From contig NZ_CP016604.1 of assembly GCF_009684715.1 (NCBI RefSeq), positions 293,262-325,261 on the forward strand: DNA of 32,000 nucleotides, written 5' to 3'. This DNA is from Otariodibacter oris. Lineage in GTDB: Bacteria > Pseudomonadota > Gammaproteobacteria > Enterobacterales > Pasteurellaceae. Shown in pieces: positions 9,864 to 21,804 of this stretch; within the stretch, counting starts at the first letter, position 1, and each line of letters starts with the position of its first letter. The translations under genes were made by a program, and so were the position numbers. The notes under the pieces are model-generated. The model searched no databases, was not told the DNA's origin, and saw nothing but the letters and a program-made list of their open reading frames with translations.

Positions 9864-9910
9864 TGTCTTGCTATAATCGCCTTTATCCAGTCATAAGTGA
9901 ATTACTATAA

Positions 9911-11215
9911 ATGCCTGAATTTATGTTGTTGAGTGTTTTTTATCTCCTCGCTATTTTATTGATAGGGACGATAATTTATCGTTCTTATCATACTAAACCT
10001 TTTTCATTACATTTATTATTTAGCCTGATTTACTTAATTACTTTCTTTCTTGGTTTTCCATTTTCACTGATTTTGAATTGGAAATTTGGCGTAGCATTAG
10101 CCGATAAGCATACACTCTTTCTCACTTTATTGTATGCATTATGTGGCTATCTTATTTACTTTGTTAGCTATCATTGGGGATTGAGTCGCTATGATAATTA
10201 CAAAAAGGAAATTGCTTTACCCTCAAATAATGCAAAATTCGAAGCTAAACTGACCGCTTATTTATTATTTTTCATTGCGATTGTCAGTGTTGGGTATTTC
10301 TTATTTCTTAATGGCTTTTTACTTTTTCGATTAGAAAAATATAGCCAAATTTTTTCTAATTTAGTTCAAGGTATAGCATTAAAACGCTTTTTCTATTTCT
10401 TTCTCCCTGCGTTACTGATTTTCTATTTCTGTAGTAAAACGAAAAAAGCATGGTGGTCCTTTTTAATTGTTGGTGTCAGTTTCGGGGTTTTGACCTATTT
10501 AGCCGTTGGTGGAACACGAGCTAATATCGCATTAGTTGTGACCCTTTTCTTGTTGTTAGGTTTGTATCATCGCTACCTGTCTGTTACTTGGATATTTGTT
10601 GCGGGTAGTGCAATGGTGCTAGGTATGTTTTATCTCGCTTTATTCCGCTATAACTTAGATGTGCAAGGCGAACAGATGTGGTTTACGTTCCTCTACTTAA
10701 CACGGGATACATTTTCGCCGTGGGAAAATCTCTCACGAATTTTATCGAGTGATGTTGAGTTTCAAGGGTTAATGCCGATTGTACGTGATTTTTATGTCTA
10801 TATACCTCAAAGTATCTGGCCAGATAGACCAGATATTGCTTGGAATACAGCGAATTATTTCACTAAAGTGATTTTGGGTAATCAATCAGGCTTGGCTATT
10901 TCTCCCACTATATTAGGTTCTTTTTATTTAATGGGAGGGATACCAATGATTATTATTGGGATGGGGCTAACGGGTATTTTGATCAAACTAGGCGATAATA
11001 TTTTTGACTATGCTCGTTTACAAGGTAATCGATCTTATTCCGCAATCTTACAGGCATATTGTTTAGCCAATATTTTTAATCTCATTATTTTAGTTAGAGA
11101 AGGCTCAGATGCATTTGTGTCGCGTTTTTTCTTTTTCAGCTTTGTATTTTGGGTATGTTGGATGAGTGCGAGATTTATCCAGTTTTTAATACACTCAAAT
11201 AAAGGAGAACTCTAG
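9911..11215 (+). CDS. wzyE: ECA polymerase
   Basis: 434 aa polytopic protein collinear with E. coli WzyE (FSL..L.TFF.GFP.S; NGFLLFRL..YSQIFS....G.ALKRFFYFF.PA.L; LTY..VGGTRANI; FTFLYLTRDTFSPWENL; FQGL.PIVRDFYV.IP; SGLAISPT..GS; REG.D.FVSR). Confidence 0.9.
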   Translation: MPEFMLLSVFYLLAILLIGTIIYRSYHTKPFSLHLLFSLIYLITFFLGFPFSLILNWKFGVALADKHTLFLTLLYALCGYLIYFVSYHWGLSRYDNYKKEIALPSNNAKFEAKLTAYLLFFIAIVSVGYFLFLNGFLLFRLEKYSQIFSNLVQGIALKRFFYFFLPALLIFYFCSKTKKAWWSFLIVGVSFGVLTYLAVGGTRANIALVVTLFLLLGLYHRYLSVTWIFVAGSAMVLGMFYLALFRYNLDVQGEQMWFTFLYLTRDTFSPWENLSRILSSDVEFQGLMPIVRDFYVYIPQSIWPDRPDIAWNTANYFTKVILGNQSGLAISPTILGSFYLMGGIPMIIIGMGLTGILIKLGDNIFDYARLQGNRSYSAILQAYCLANIFNLIILVREGSDAFVSRFFFFSFVFWVCWMSARFIQFLIHSNKGEL

Positions 11216-11940
11216 TGAATAAAGTGCAGATTCGAGGGATTGATATATTAGTGGCTCCTCATCAACAAACGCTGATTGAATATTTGCTTGGTGATGGAGA
11301 TGAAATCAAAAGAGGAATACTGATTGCTATTAATGCTGAGAAAGTGATTATCAGTGAATCTGATCCGATTATTCGAGATGTCTTGCACAATGCAGAATAT
11401 AACTATGCAGATGGAATCAGTATTGTTTTATCTATAAAGAAGAAATATCCAGAGTACACAGATATTCAGCGTATAGCCGGTGCAGATTTATGGGTAGGAT
11501 TGATGAAAAAAGCGAGTCAGCTTAATATGCCAGTGTTTTTAGTTGGAGCACAAGCGGTCACTTTAGCTGAAACAAATGACAAATTGGTAGAAATGGGTGT
11601 TAATGTAGTGGGTACTCAAGATGGCTATTTTGATAGAGAGAGTGAAGAGGAAATTATTCAACGCATTGCACAAAGTGGGGCTAAATTAGTTACGGTTGCC
11701 TTAGGCTCGCCTAAACAAGAACTATTTATTCAAAAAGCACAATCCATTTATCCTGACGCACTTTATATGGGAGTGGGGGGAACTTACGATGTATTCACTG
11801 GTAAAGTGAAACGAGCTCCCCAATTTTGGCAAAAGTTAGGTTTAGAATGGCTATATCGCTTATTATCACAGCCAACTCGTTGGAGGAGACAATTAAGGTT
11901 AGCAAAATATGCTTGTTATTACTGGTTAAATAGATTATAA
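11215..11940 (+). CDS. wecG: UDP-ManNAcA:lipid I ManNAcA transferase (WecG/TagA/CpsF family)
   Basis: 241 aa. GTG start at 11215 overlaps the wzyE TAG, with SD aaaggag at 11201-11207. Last gene of the cluster, as in E. coli. Family hallmarks: INAEK, ADG.SIV, G.DLW, FLVG, LGSPKQE.F, MGVGG..DVF.G.VKRAP..W...GLEWLYRL..QP.R..RQ. Confidence 0.9.
   Translation: MNKVQIRGIDILVAPHQQTLIEYLLGDGDEIKRGILIAINAEKVIISESDPIIRDVLHNAEYNYADGISIVLSIKKKYPEYTDIQRIAGADLWVGLMKKASQLNMPVFLVGAQAVTLAETNDKLVEMGVNVVGTQDGYFDRESEEEIIQRIAQSGAKLVTVALGSPKQELFIQKAQSIYPDALYMGVGGTYDVFTGKVKRAPQFWQKLGLEWLYRLLSQPTRWRRQLRLAKYACYYWLNRL
11550..11559 (+). repeat. Apl-type uptake signal sequence ACAAGCGGTC
   Basis: Exact 10-mer, inside wecG. 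Confidence 0.75.
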
Positions 11941-11992
11941 ATTAAACGAATCAGATAATTAATCAACGAGCTGCATAAATTAAAAGCAAGCG

Positions 11993-12043
11993 AAAATATT
12001 TTTTCAAAAAGTGCTAGACAACGAGGTGCGAAATCACTATTAT
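11993..12043 (+). promoter_or_regulatory. strong sigma70 promoter with UP element, driving the tRNA/rRNA operon
   Basis: A/T tract aaaatattttttcaaaaa (11993-12010) fits the UP-element consensus AAAWWTWTTTTNNAAAA. The -35 is TAGACA (12015-12020), followed by a 17-nt spacer and a -10 TATTAT (12038-12043). A GC-rich discriminator acgcctccg follows, as in stringently controlled stable-RNA promoters. tRNA-Arg starts 30 nt downstream. Confidence 0.65.
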
Positions 12044-12072
12044 ACGCCTCCGTTGCGGCGCACTACTAAAAC

Positions 12073-12149
<77 letters not shown>

Positions 12150-12178
12150 GAGTACGATGTTAGTCCAATGAAAACAAT

Positions 12179-12255
12179 GGTGGCTATAGCTCAGTTGGTA
12201 GAGCCCTGGATTGTGATTCCAGTTGTCGTGGGTTCGAATCCCATTAGCCACCCCA
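12179..12255 (+). tRNA. hisR: tRNA-His (anticodon GUG)
   Basis: 77 nt including the His-specific extra 5' G(-1). Anticodon loop TTGTGAT. As far as I recall it matches E. coli hisR base for base. Confidence 0.95.
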
Positions 12256-12276
12256 TTTACAGAAATGTAAATTTAT

Positions 12277-12353
12277 CGGCGAGTAGCGCAGCTTGGTAGC
12301 GCAACTGGTTTGGGACCAGTGGGTCGTAGGTTCAAATCCTATCTCGCCGACCA
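12277..12353 (+). tRNA. proM: tRNA-Pro (anticodon UGG)
   Basis: 77 nt. Anticodon loop TTTGGGA, encoded CCA. Near-identical to E. coli proM. Confidence 0.95.
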
Positions 12354-12360
12354 ATTTTTT

Positions 12361-12399
12361 TGCTCTTTAACAACATATCAGACAATCTGTGTGGGCACT
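12361..12399 (+). promoter_or_regulatory. rrn leader antitermination elements boxA and boxC
   Basis: TGCTCTTTAACAA (12361-12373) equals the E. coli rrn boxA. The following atcagacaatctgtgtgggcact matches the E. coli boxC region (ATCAGACAATCTGTGTGGGCACT). It begins only 7 nt after the tRNA-Pro CCA. Confidence 0.85.
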
Positions 12400-12513
12400 T
12401 GTTGATGATTGATTTTAAAATAATTTAATTTTGAAGTCTTAATAAGTGTCTATAACTTGAAAATTCATAAAGAATAATAAAGCTAGAAAACAGTTATTGA
12501 GCGATTGAACTTT

Positions 12514-14054
<1,541 letters not shown>

Positions 14055-14150
14055 CCAAAGAAATCGACATAGCGAGTGTTCACACAGATTGTTTGATGTA
14101 GTAGTAAAAAGACAAAAGACGTTTTTTAACGGAAGACATCTTTAAATGTT

Positions 14151-14226
14151 GTCCCCATCGTCTAGAGGCCTAGGACATCGCCCTTTCACGGCGGTAACAG
14201 GGGTTCGAATCCCCTTGGGGACGCCA
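14151..14226 (+). tRNA. tRNA-Glu (anticodon UUC) in the 16S-23S spacer
   Basis: GTCCCCATCGTCTAGAGGCCTAGGACATCGCCCTTTCACGGCGGTAACAGGGGTTCGAATCCCCTTGGGGACGCCA, 76 nt. Flanked by the complementary segments catctttaaatg / catttaaagatg. Confidence 0.95.
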
Positions 14227-14274
14227 TTTAAAGATGGCTTTTTTGTCGAGAGATGAATAAGAATTTATCTTAAT

Positions 14275-14287
14275 TGTTCTTTAAAAA
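14275..14287 (+). promoter_or_regulatory. spacer boxA-like antitermination element
   Basis: tgttctttaaaaa followed by ttgagaaacaagctgaaaa. This resembles the boxA-like element found downstream of the spacer tRNA in enterobacterial rrn operons. Confidence 0.55.
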
Positions 14288-14483
14288 TTGAGAAACAAGC
14301 TGAAAAACTGAAGAGACTTTCAAGTCCGAGAGGATAAGAAGAAGTCTGAGTAAGAATAAAATCTTGTCTGAACAAAAGCAGGCAAGTATTAGTAGACTTG
14401 CATAAGCTTTGAGTTTTTTATTGTTATTTAATTATTATTTAATATTAATGATTAAATTGATTTAAAAATACTTGAGGTTGTAT

Positions 14484-17385
<2,902 letters not shown>

Positions 17386-17602
17386 ACAACCTCAAGTGTT
17401 TTTTCGAAAAAAACTATGGAGAAAACATAAGAGCGTGTAGAAGTTTACTAAGAAAAGATACACAGACTGAAAGAAGTAAAAGGAAGTCGACAGAAAGACA
17501 GCTTGTTTTAAGATTTTAGGACTAGGAAGAGTAAAGAAAACCTAGAAAAGAATAGAAAGAAAAAAAGACAGACAGAATAAGACGGAAGTCGTCAACAGGA
17601 TT

Positions 17603-17722
17603 ATCCTGATGGTCATAGTGCAGTGGAACTACCTGAACCCATCCCGAACTCAGAAGTAAAATGCTGTCACGCCGATGGTAGTGTGGTGATTCGCCATGTG
17701 AGAGTAGGTCGTCATCAGGGCT
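17603..17722 (+). rRNA. rrf: 5S ribosomal RNA
   Basis: 120 nt, collinear with E. coli 5S (..CCTGATGG..ATAG.GC.GTGG...ACCTGA.CCCAT.CCGAACTCAGAAGT.AAA...CGCCGATGGTAGTGTGG...GAGAGTAGG....CATCAGG..). Confidence 0.93.
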
Positions 17723-17730
17723 TTATTAGG

Positions 17731-17770
17731 AAAACCGTAGGTTAGCGATAACTTACGGTTTTTTGCTTTT
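17731..17770 (+). terminator. rho-independent terminator of the rrn operon
   Basis: Stem ccgtaggtta / taacttacgg (one G-U pair), loop gcga, followed by ttttttgcttttt. Confidence 0.85.
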
Positions 17771-18109
17771 TAGCGTTTCGAAATATCTGATAAATAACAA
17801 AATGTTATACGAAACTAACCGCTTATTACTTATTATAAAGTTTATTTCATGGTTAAGGATAGATTCCTTTATCATGGTTAATAACAAACCATAATAATCC
17901 TTTTTTCATAATCAATGATATCATTTCATATCCAGTTATATTGAAGAGAGTTTTATTCTTTGGTAATTGCTAAATATGCATTACGCTAGGAACGGAGCCT
18001 TTTCATAATACAATTGTCAAATAATTTCAATTTTATAGATTTATGAAAAGTCGTGTACAATGCTAGACATATTTCATGATGGTATTTTTAGTTTCGAAAA
18101 GGAATAAAT

Positions 18110-20386
18110 GTGAATATAAAAGAGATAATTAAAAAAAATAATCTATCTTTACTCTTTCAAGAAGGCTCATTTGGAATTGAGAAAGAAAGTCAGCGAGTCT
18201 ATAAAGATGGATCTATTGTCACGACACCTCATCCTCATAAATTCGGAAATCGTTCCTACCACCCCTATATTCAAACAGATTTTGCGGAAAGTCAGTTAGA
18301 GTTAATCACTCCACCGAATAATAAAATCGAAGATACTTACCGATGGTTATCCGCTATTCACGAAGTCGTACAACGTATAATACCTGAAGATGAATATATC
18401 TTCCCTCTGAGTATGCCAGCAGGTTTACCGCCAGAAGAACTGATAAAAGTTGCACAATTAGATGATCTTCAGGATGTAGCCTATCGAGAACATTTAGTTA
18501 AGGCGTATGGTAAAAATAAACAGATGGTAAGTGGGATTCACTATAATTTTCAATTATCACCAATCTTTATTGAAAAACTGTATCAAGCCCAGTCTAATTC
18601 ACAATCTTTCGTAGAGTTTCAGAACAATTTATATCTGAAAATGGCTACCAATTTCCTGAGATATCAATGGATTCTCTTATATTTATTGAGTGCAACACCT
18701 ACTGTTGAAGATAAGTATTTTAAAGATGGCTCACCGCTTAAAAAAGGAGACTATGTACGTAGTTTGCGCTCTAGTAAGTATGGTTATGTGAATGATCCTG
18801 AAATTAAAGTGTCATTTGATTCTCTACAAGAATACGTGGAAACCTTAGAACATTGGGTGAATTCGGGAAAATTAATTGCGGAGAAAGAATTTTACTCGAA
18901 TGTTCGCTTACGTGGAGCGAAGAAGGTAAGAGATTTACTTACCACAGGAATTAAATACCTTGAGTTTCGCTTGTTTGATCTCAATCCCTTTGAAATTTAT
19001 GGTATTTCTTTAAATGATGCGAAATTTATCCATTATTTTGCACTATTGATGATTTGGATGGATAAGGCTGAAAATGCGATCGAAGTAGGGCAAGAGCGAT
19101 TAGCTCAAGTTGCTTGGGAGCATCCATTAGATGAAACTGCTTTCCGTGATGAAGGTGAGCAAATTTTGCATCAGCTATTGGCAATGCTTGAAGAAATTAA
19201 TGCGCCATCAGAATTGAAAGATATCGTTCAGCAAAAACTATTGGCTTTTGCTGATCCAAGAAAAACATTATGTGGTCGATTGGTTGAAGAAATCGAGGCA
19301 TTAGGGAGTTACCAAAAATTAGGGGCGCATTTTGCTCAAAAATATAAACAACAATCTTTATCACGTTTTTATGCACTTTCTGCTTTTGATAATATGGAAT
19401 TGTCCACACAAGCATTGTTCTTTGATGCGATTAAAGCAGGGTTAAATGTAGAATTATTAGATGAAAATGATCAATTCTTAAGCCTGAAATTTAACGATCA
19501 TTTGGAATACGTAAAAAATGGCAATATGACTTCTCACGACAGCTATATATCGCCATTGATTATGGAAAATAAGGTGGTCACTAAAAAGGTACTACAAAAA
19601 GCAGGATTCAATGTGCCACAAAGCATTGAATTTACTTCAGTTGATGAAGCGATTCGTCAATATCCGCTTTTTGAAAATAGAGCGATAGTGATTAAACCTA
19701 AATCAACCAATTATGGCTTAGGCATCACGATTTTCCAACAAGGTGTGAAGAATCAAGAGGATTTTACTCAAGCAGTTGAAATTGCCTTTAGAGAAGATCG
19801 TGAGATTATGGTTGAGGATTATTTAACAGGTACGGAATATCGCTTTTTCGTGCTTGGGGATAAAACAGAAGCGGTGTTACTTCGTGTACCTGCGAATGTC
19901 GTTGGGGACGGTATTCACACCGTTGCGGAACTGGTGAATAGCAAAAATAGTGATCCTTTACGAGGCGATGGCAGCCGTACTCCATTGAAAAAAATTGCAC
20001 TTGGTGAAATTGAAGCCTTACAACTTAAAGAGCAAGGTTTAACTTTTGAGAGTATTCTAGCTAAAGATCAACTTGTGCAGTTACGGGCTAACTCTAATGT
20101 CAGCACAGGTGGCGATTCTATTGATATGACTGATGAAATGCACCCTAGCTATAAAGAACTGGCCGTTGGTATTGCAAAAGCGATGGGCGCAGCTGTTTGT
20201 GGTGTGGATATCATTATTCCTGATTTAACCAAACCAGCCACAAAAGAGTTATCCTCTTGGGGCGTGATTGAAGCGAATTTCAATCCTATGATGATGATGC
20301 ATATTTTCCCATATCAAGGAAAATCACGACGTTTAACTCAGAATGTGCTTAAAATGCTCTTCCCTGAGTTAGAAATCAACGCATAA
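18110..20386 (+). CDS. gshAB: bifunctional glutamate-cysteine ligase / glutathione synthetase (GshF type)
   Basis: 758 aa. GTG start with SD aagga 6 nt upstream. The N-terminal ~450 aa are GshA-like (LLFQEGSFGIEKESQRV...HPYIQTDFAESQLELITPP...SGIHYNF). The C-terminal ~300 aa form an ATP-grasp domain (VIKPKSTNYGLGI...EYRFFVLGDK...ANVSTGG...GVDIIIPD...IEANFNPMM). Collinear with the fused enzyme known from Pasteurella, Actinobacillus and Streptococcus agalactiae. Confidence 0.92.
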   Translation: MNIKEIIKKNNLSLLFQEGSFGIEKESQRVYKDGSIVTTPHPHKFGNRSYHPYIQTDFAESQLELITPPNNKIEDTYRWLSAIHEVVQRIIPEDEYIFPLSMPAGLPPEELIKVAQLDDLQDVAYREHLVKAYGKNKQMVSGIHYNFQLSPIFIEKLYQAQSNSQSFVEFQNNLYLKMATNFLRYQWILLYLLSATPTVEDKYFKDGSPLKKGDYVRSLRSSKYGYVNDPEIKVSFDSLQEYVETLEHWVNSGKLIAEKEFYSNVRLRGAKKVRDLLTTGIKYLEFRLFDLNPFEIYGISLNDAKFIHYFALLMIWMDKAENAIEVGQERLAQVAWEHPLDETAFRDEGEQILHQLLAMLEEINAPSELKDIVQQKLLAFADPRKTLCGRLVEEIEALGSYQKLGAHFAQKYKQQSLSRFYALSAFDNMELSTQALFFDAIKAGLNVELLDENDQFLSLKFNDHLEYVKNGNMTSHDSYISPLIMENKVVTKKVLQKAGFNVPQSIEFTSVDEAIRQYPLFENRAIVIKPKSTNYGLGITIFQQGVKNQEDFTQAVEIAFREDREIMVEDYLTGTEYRFFVLGDKTEAVLLRVPANVVGDGIHTVAELVNSKNSDPLRGDGSRTPLKKIALGEIEALQLKEQGLTFESILAKDQLVQLRANSNVSTGGDSIDMTDEMHPSYKELAVGIAKAMGAAVCGVDIIIPDLTKPATKELSSWGVIEANFNPMMMMHIFPYQGKSRRLTQNVLKMLFPELEINA

Positions 20387-20395
20387 TTGCGATAT

Positions 20396-20425
20396 TCATC
20401 TGACAGATTATAGTCTGTCAGATGA
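20396..20425. terminator. 12-bp perfect hairpin between convergent gshAB and phoH (possible bidirectional terminator)
   Basis: tcatctgacaga - ttatag - tctgtcagatga. No clean U-tract on either strand, so terminator function is uncertain. Confidence 0.45.
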
Positions 20426-20441
20426 TAAATTTACGTATCCA

Positions 20442-21533
20442 TTACAGAAGTTTTTCAGCTTGTTCTAAAATCTTTTGCTGTTCCAATTCCAATTTTGCCA
20501 ATCTTTTCTGTTCTCGACGAATTTCATCTTCCGCTTCCCAAGCATCATAAGCCTGAACTATTTTTGCGACGACTGGATGACGCACAATATCGTTACTTTC
20601 AAAATAATTAAAACTCAAATCAGGCACCTTGCTTAACACCTCCATAGCGTGTCTAAGTCCTGATTTTTGGCTACGAGGTAAATCTACTTGAGTCACATCG
20701 CCGGTAATCACCGCTTTAGAATTAAAACCGATACGGGTTAAAAACATTTTCATCTGTTCAATGGTCGTATTTTGGCTTTCATCCAAGATAATAAAAGCAT
20801 CGTTTAATGTTCTGCCTCGCATATAGGCAAGCGGTGCGATCTCGATAACGTTTCGCTCCATCAATTTTTGAGCTCGTTCAAATCCTAGCATTTCAAACAG
20901 TGCATCATATAAAGGGCGTAAGTAAGGCTCGATTTTTTGCCCTAAATCTCCCGGAAGAAACCCGAGTTTTTCACCTGCTTCAACAGCTGGTCGGGTAAGC
21001 AATATACGGCGTATTTCTTGTCTTTCTAGAGACTCTACCGCAGCGGCAACGGCTAAAAAGGTTTTCCCTGTTCCAGCAGGCCCAATTCCAAAGCTAATAT
21101 CGTGCGTAAGAATGTTACGTAAATAGCGTTGTTGATTTTCCCCTCTCGGCTTGATCATTCCTCGTTTAGTTTTGATCGTAATAGCGTGATAATCTGAGGA
21201 TTTTTCTTGTGTGTCTGATTGCTCCGTTGATTGCAGTAGCATTCGACTTTCTTGGATGGCGAGATGAATATCTTCTAAATCTAATTCTTTAATCACACCA
21301 CGGATAGGCGCTGTATCGTTATAAAGTTGTTTAATCAGTGTTGCACAATTTTCTAGAAATGAAGATGAATGCGAACTGCCTTCTGCACCTCGAATAGTGA
21401 ATTTAAATGCATTCCGTGAAATCGCTAAATCGAAACTTTTTTCGATCAGATTGAGATGTTCATCAAAGGGGCCACAGAGTGATTGTAGGCGTTCATTATC
21501 TTCTGGTTCTAATGTGAAAGTAATTTCTGTCAA
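20442..21533 (-). CDS. phoH: PhoH-like ATPase (YbeZ)
   Basis: 363 aa. TTG start preceded by SD gagga 6 nt upstream. The start (M)TEITFTLEPEDNERLQSLCGPFDEHL parallels E. coli YbeZ ..REITLEPADNARLLSLCGPFDDNI. Walker A GPAGTGKTFLAVA. PhoH signature ILDESQNTT...MFLTRIGF.SK.VITGD.TQ.DLP. Confidence 0.9.
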   Translation of the reverse strand: MTEITFTLEPEDNERLQSLCGPFDEHLNLIEKSFDLAISRNAFKFTIRGAEGSSHSSSFLENCATLIKQLYNDTAPIRGVIKELDLEDIHLAIQESRMLLQSTEQSDTQEKSSDYHAITIKTKRGMIKPRGENQQRYLRNILTHDISFGIGPAGTGKTFLAVAAAVESLERQEIRRILLTRPAVEAGEKLGFLPGDLGQKIEPYLRPLYDALFEMLGFERAQKLMERNVIEIAPLAYMRGRTLNDAFIILDESQNTTIEQMKMFLTRIGFNSKAVITGDVTQVDLPRSQKSGLRHAMEVLSKVPDLSFNYFESNDIVRHPVVAKIVQAYDAWEAEDEIRREQKRLAKLELEQQKILEQAEKLL

Positions 21534-21654
21534 AGTAATTCCTCTAAATGAGTAACGTTGTTTAGTAATATGAGTGAGTAAAGTCGGATTATTCTAGCAT
21601 AGTTCATTTTTCGAGTTATAAGATTATATTTCCTGATTTATTTACAACAAAAGT

Positions 21655-21696
21655 TTGAATATTATCAAACATTTTGCACTTTATTTGTGTTTATAT
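21655..21696 (+). promoter_or_regulatory. FNR (HlyX)-type box with candidate class II promoter for ccmEF
   Basis: TTGAA-TATT-ATCAA at 21655-21668 matches 9 of 10 positions of TTGAT-N4-ATCAA. TTATAT at 21691-21696 puts a transcription start near 21703, so the box centre falls at about -41.5. The ccmE ATG lies about 100 nt further downstream. Confidence 0.5.
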
Positions 21697-21804
21697 ACAC
21701 TTAATCTGAAGAATGTCAGATCACAAATGGCTTTTTTGTTACACTGAGGACGTTTTATCTCAATATGTTTTTGAGATATCTTTTGGAGTGAATGCAGGGG
21801 AATT

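Noticed and set aside
12351-12360. T7 run after tRNA-Pro as an operon terminator
   Set aside because: No dedicated GC-rich hairpin abuts the T-run, and boxA follows immediately. I kept it only as an open question in the leader-tRNA finding.
17853-17909. 18-codon minus-strand ORF (MKKGLLWFVINHDKGIYP) in the rrn-gshAB gap
   Set aside because: It has no SD and lies in very AT-rich DNA, where such mini-ORFs arise by chance. Nothing suggests a toxin or leader peptide.
21713-21724. tgtcagatcaca resembling CRP half-sites
   Set aside because: The spacing between the TGTCA-like and TCACA halves is 2 nt rather than 6, so it is not a CRP site.
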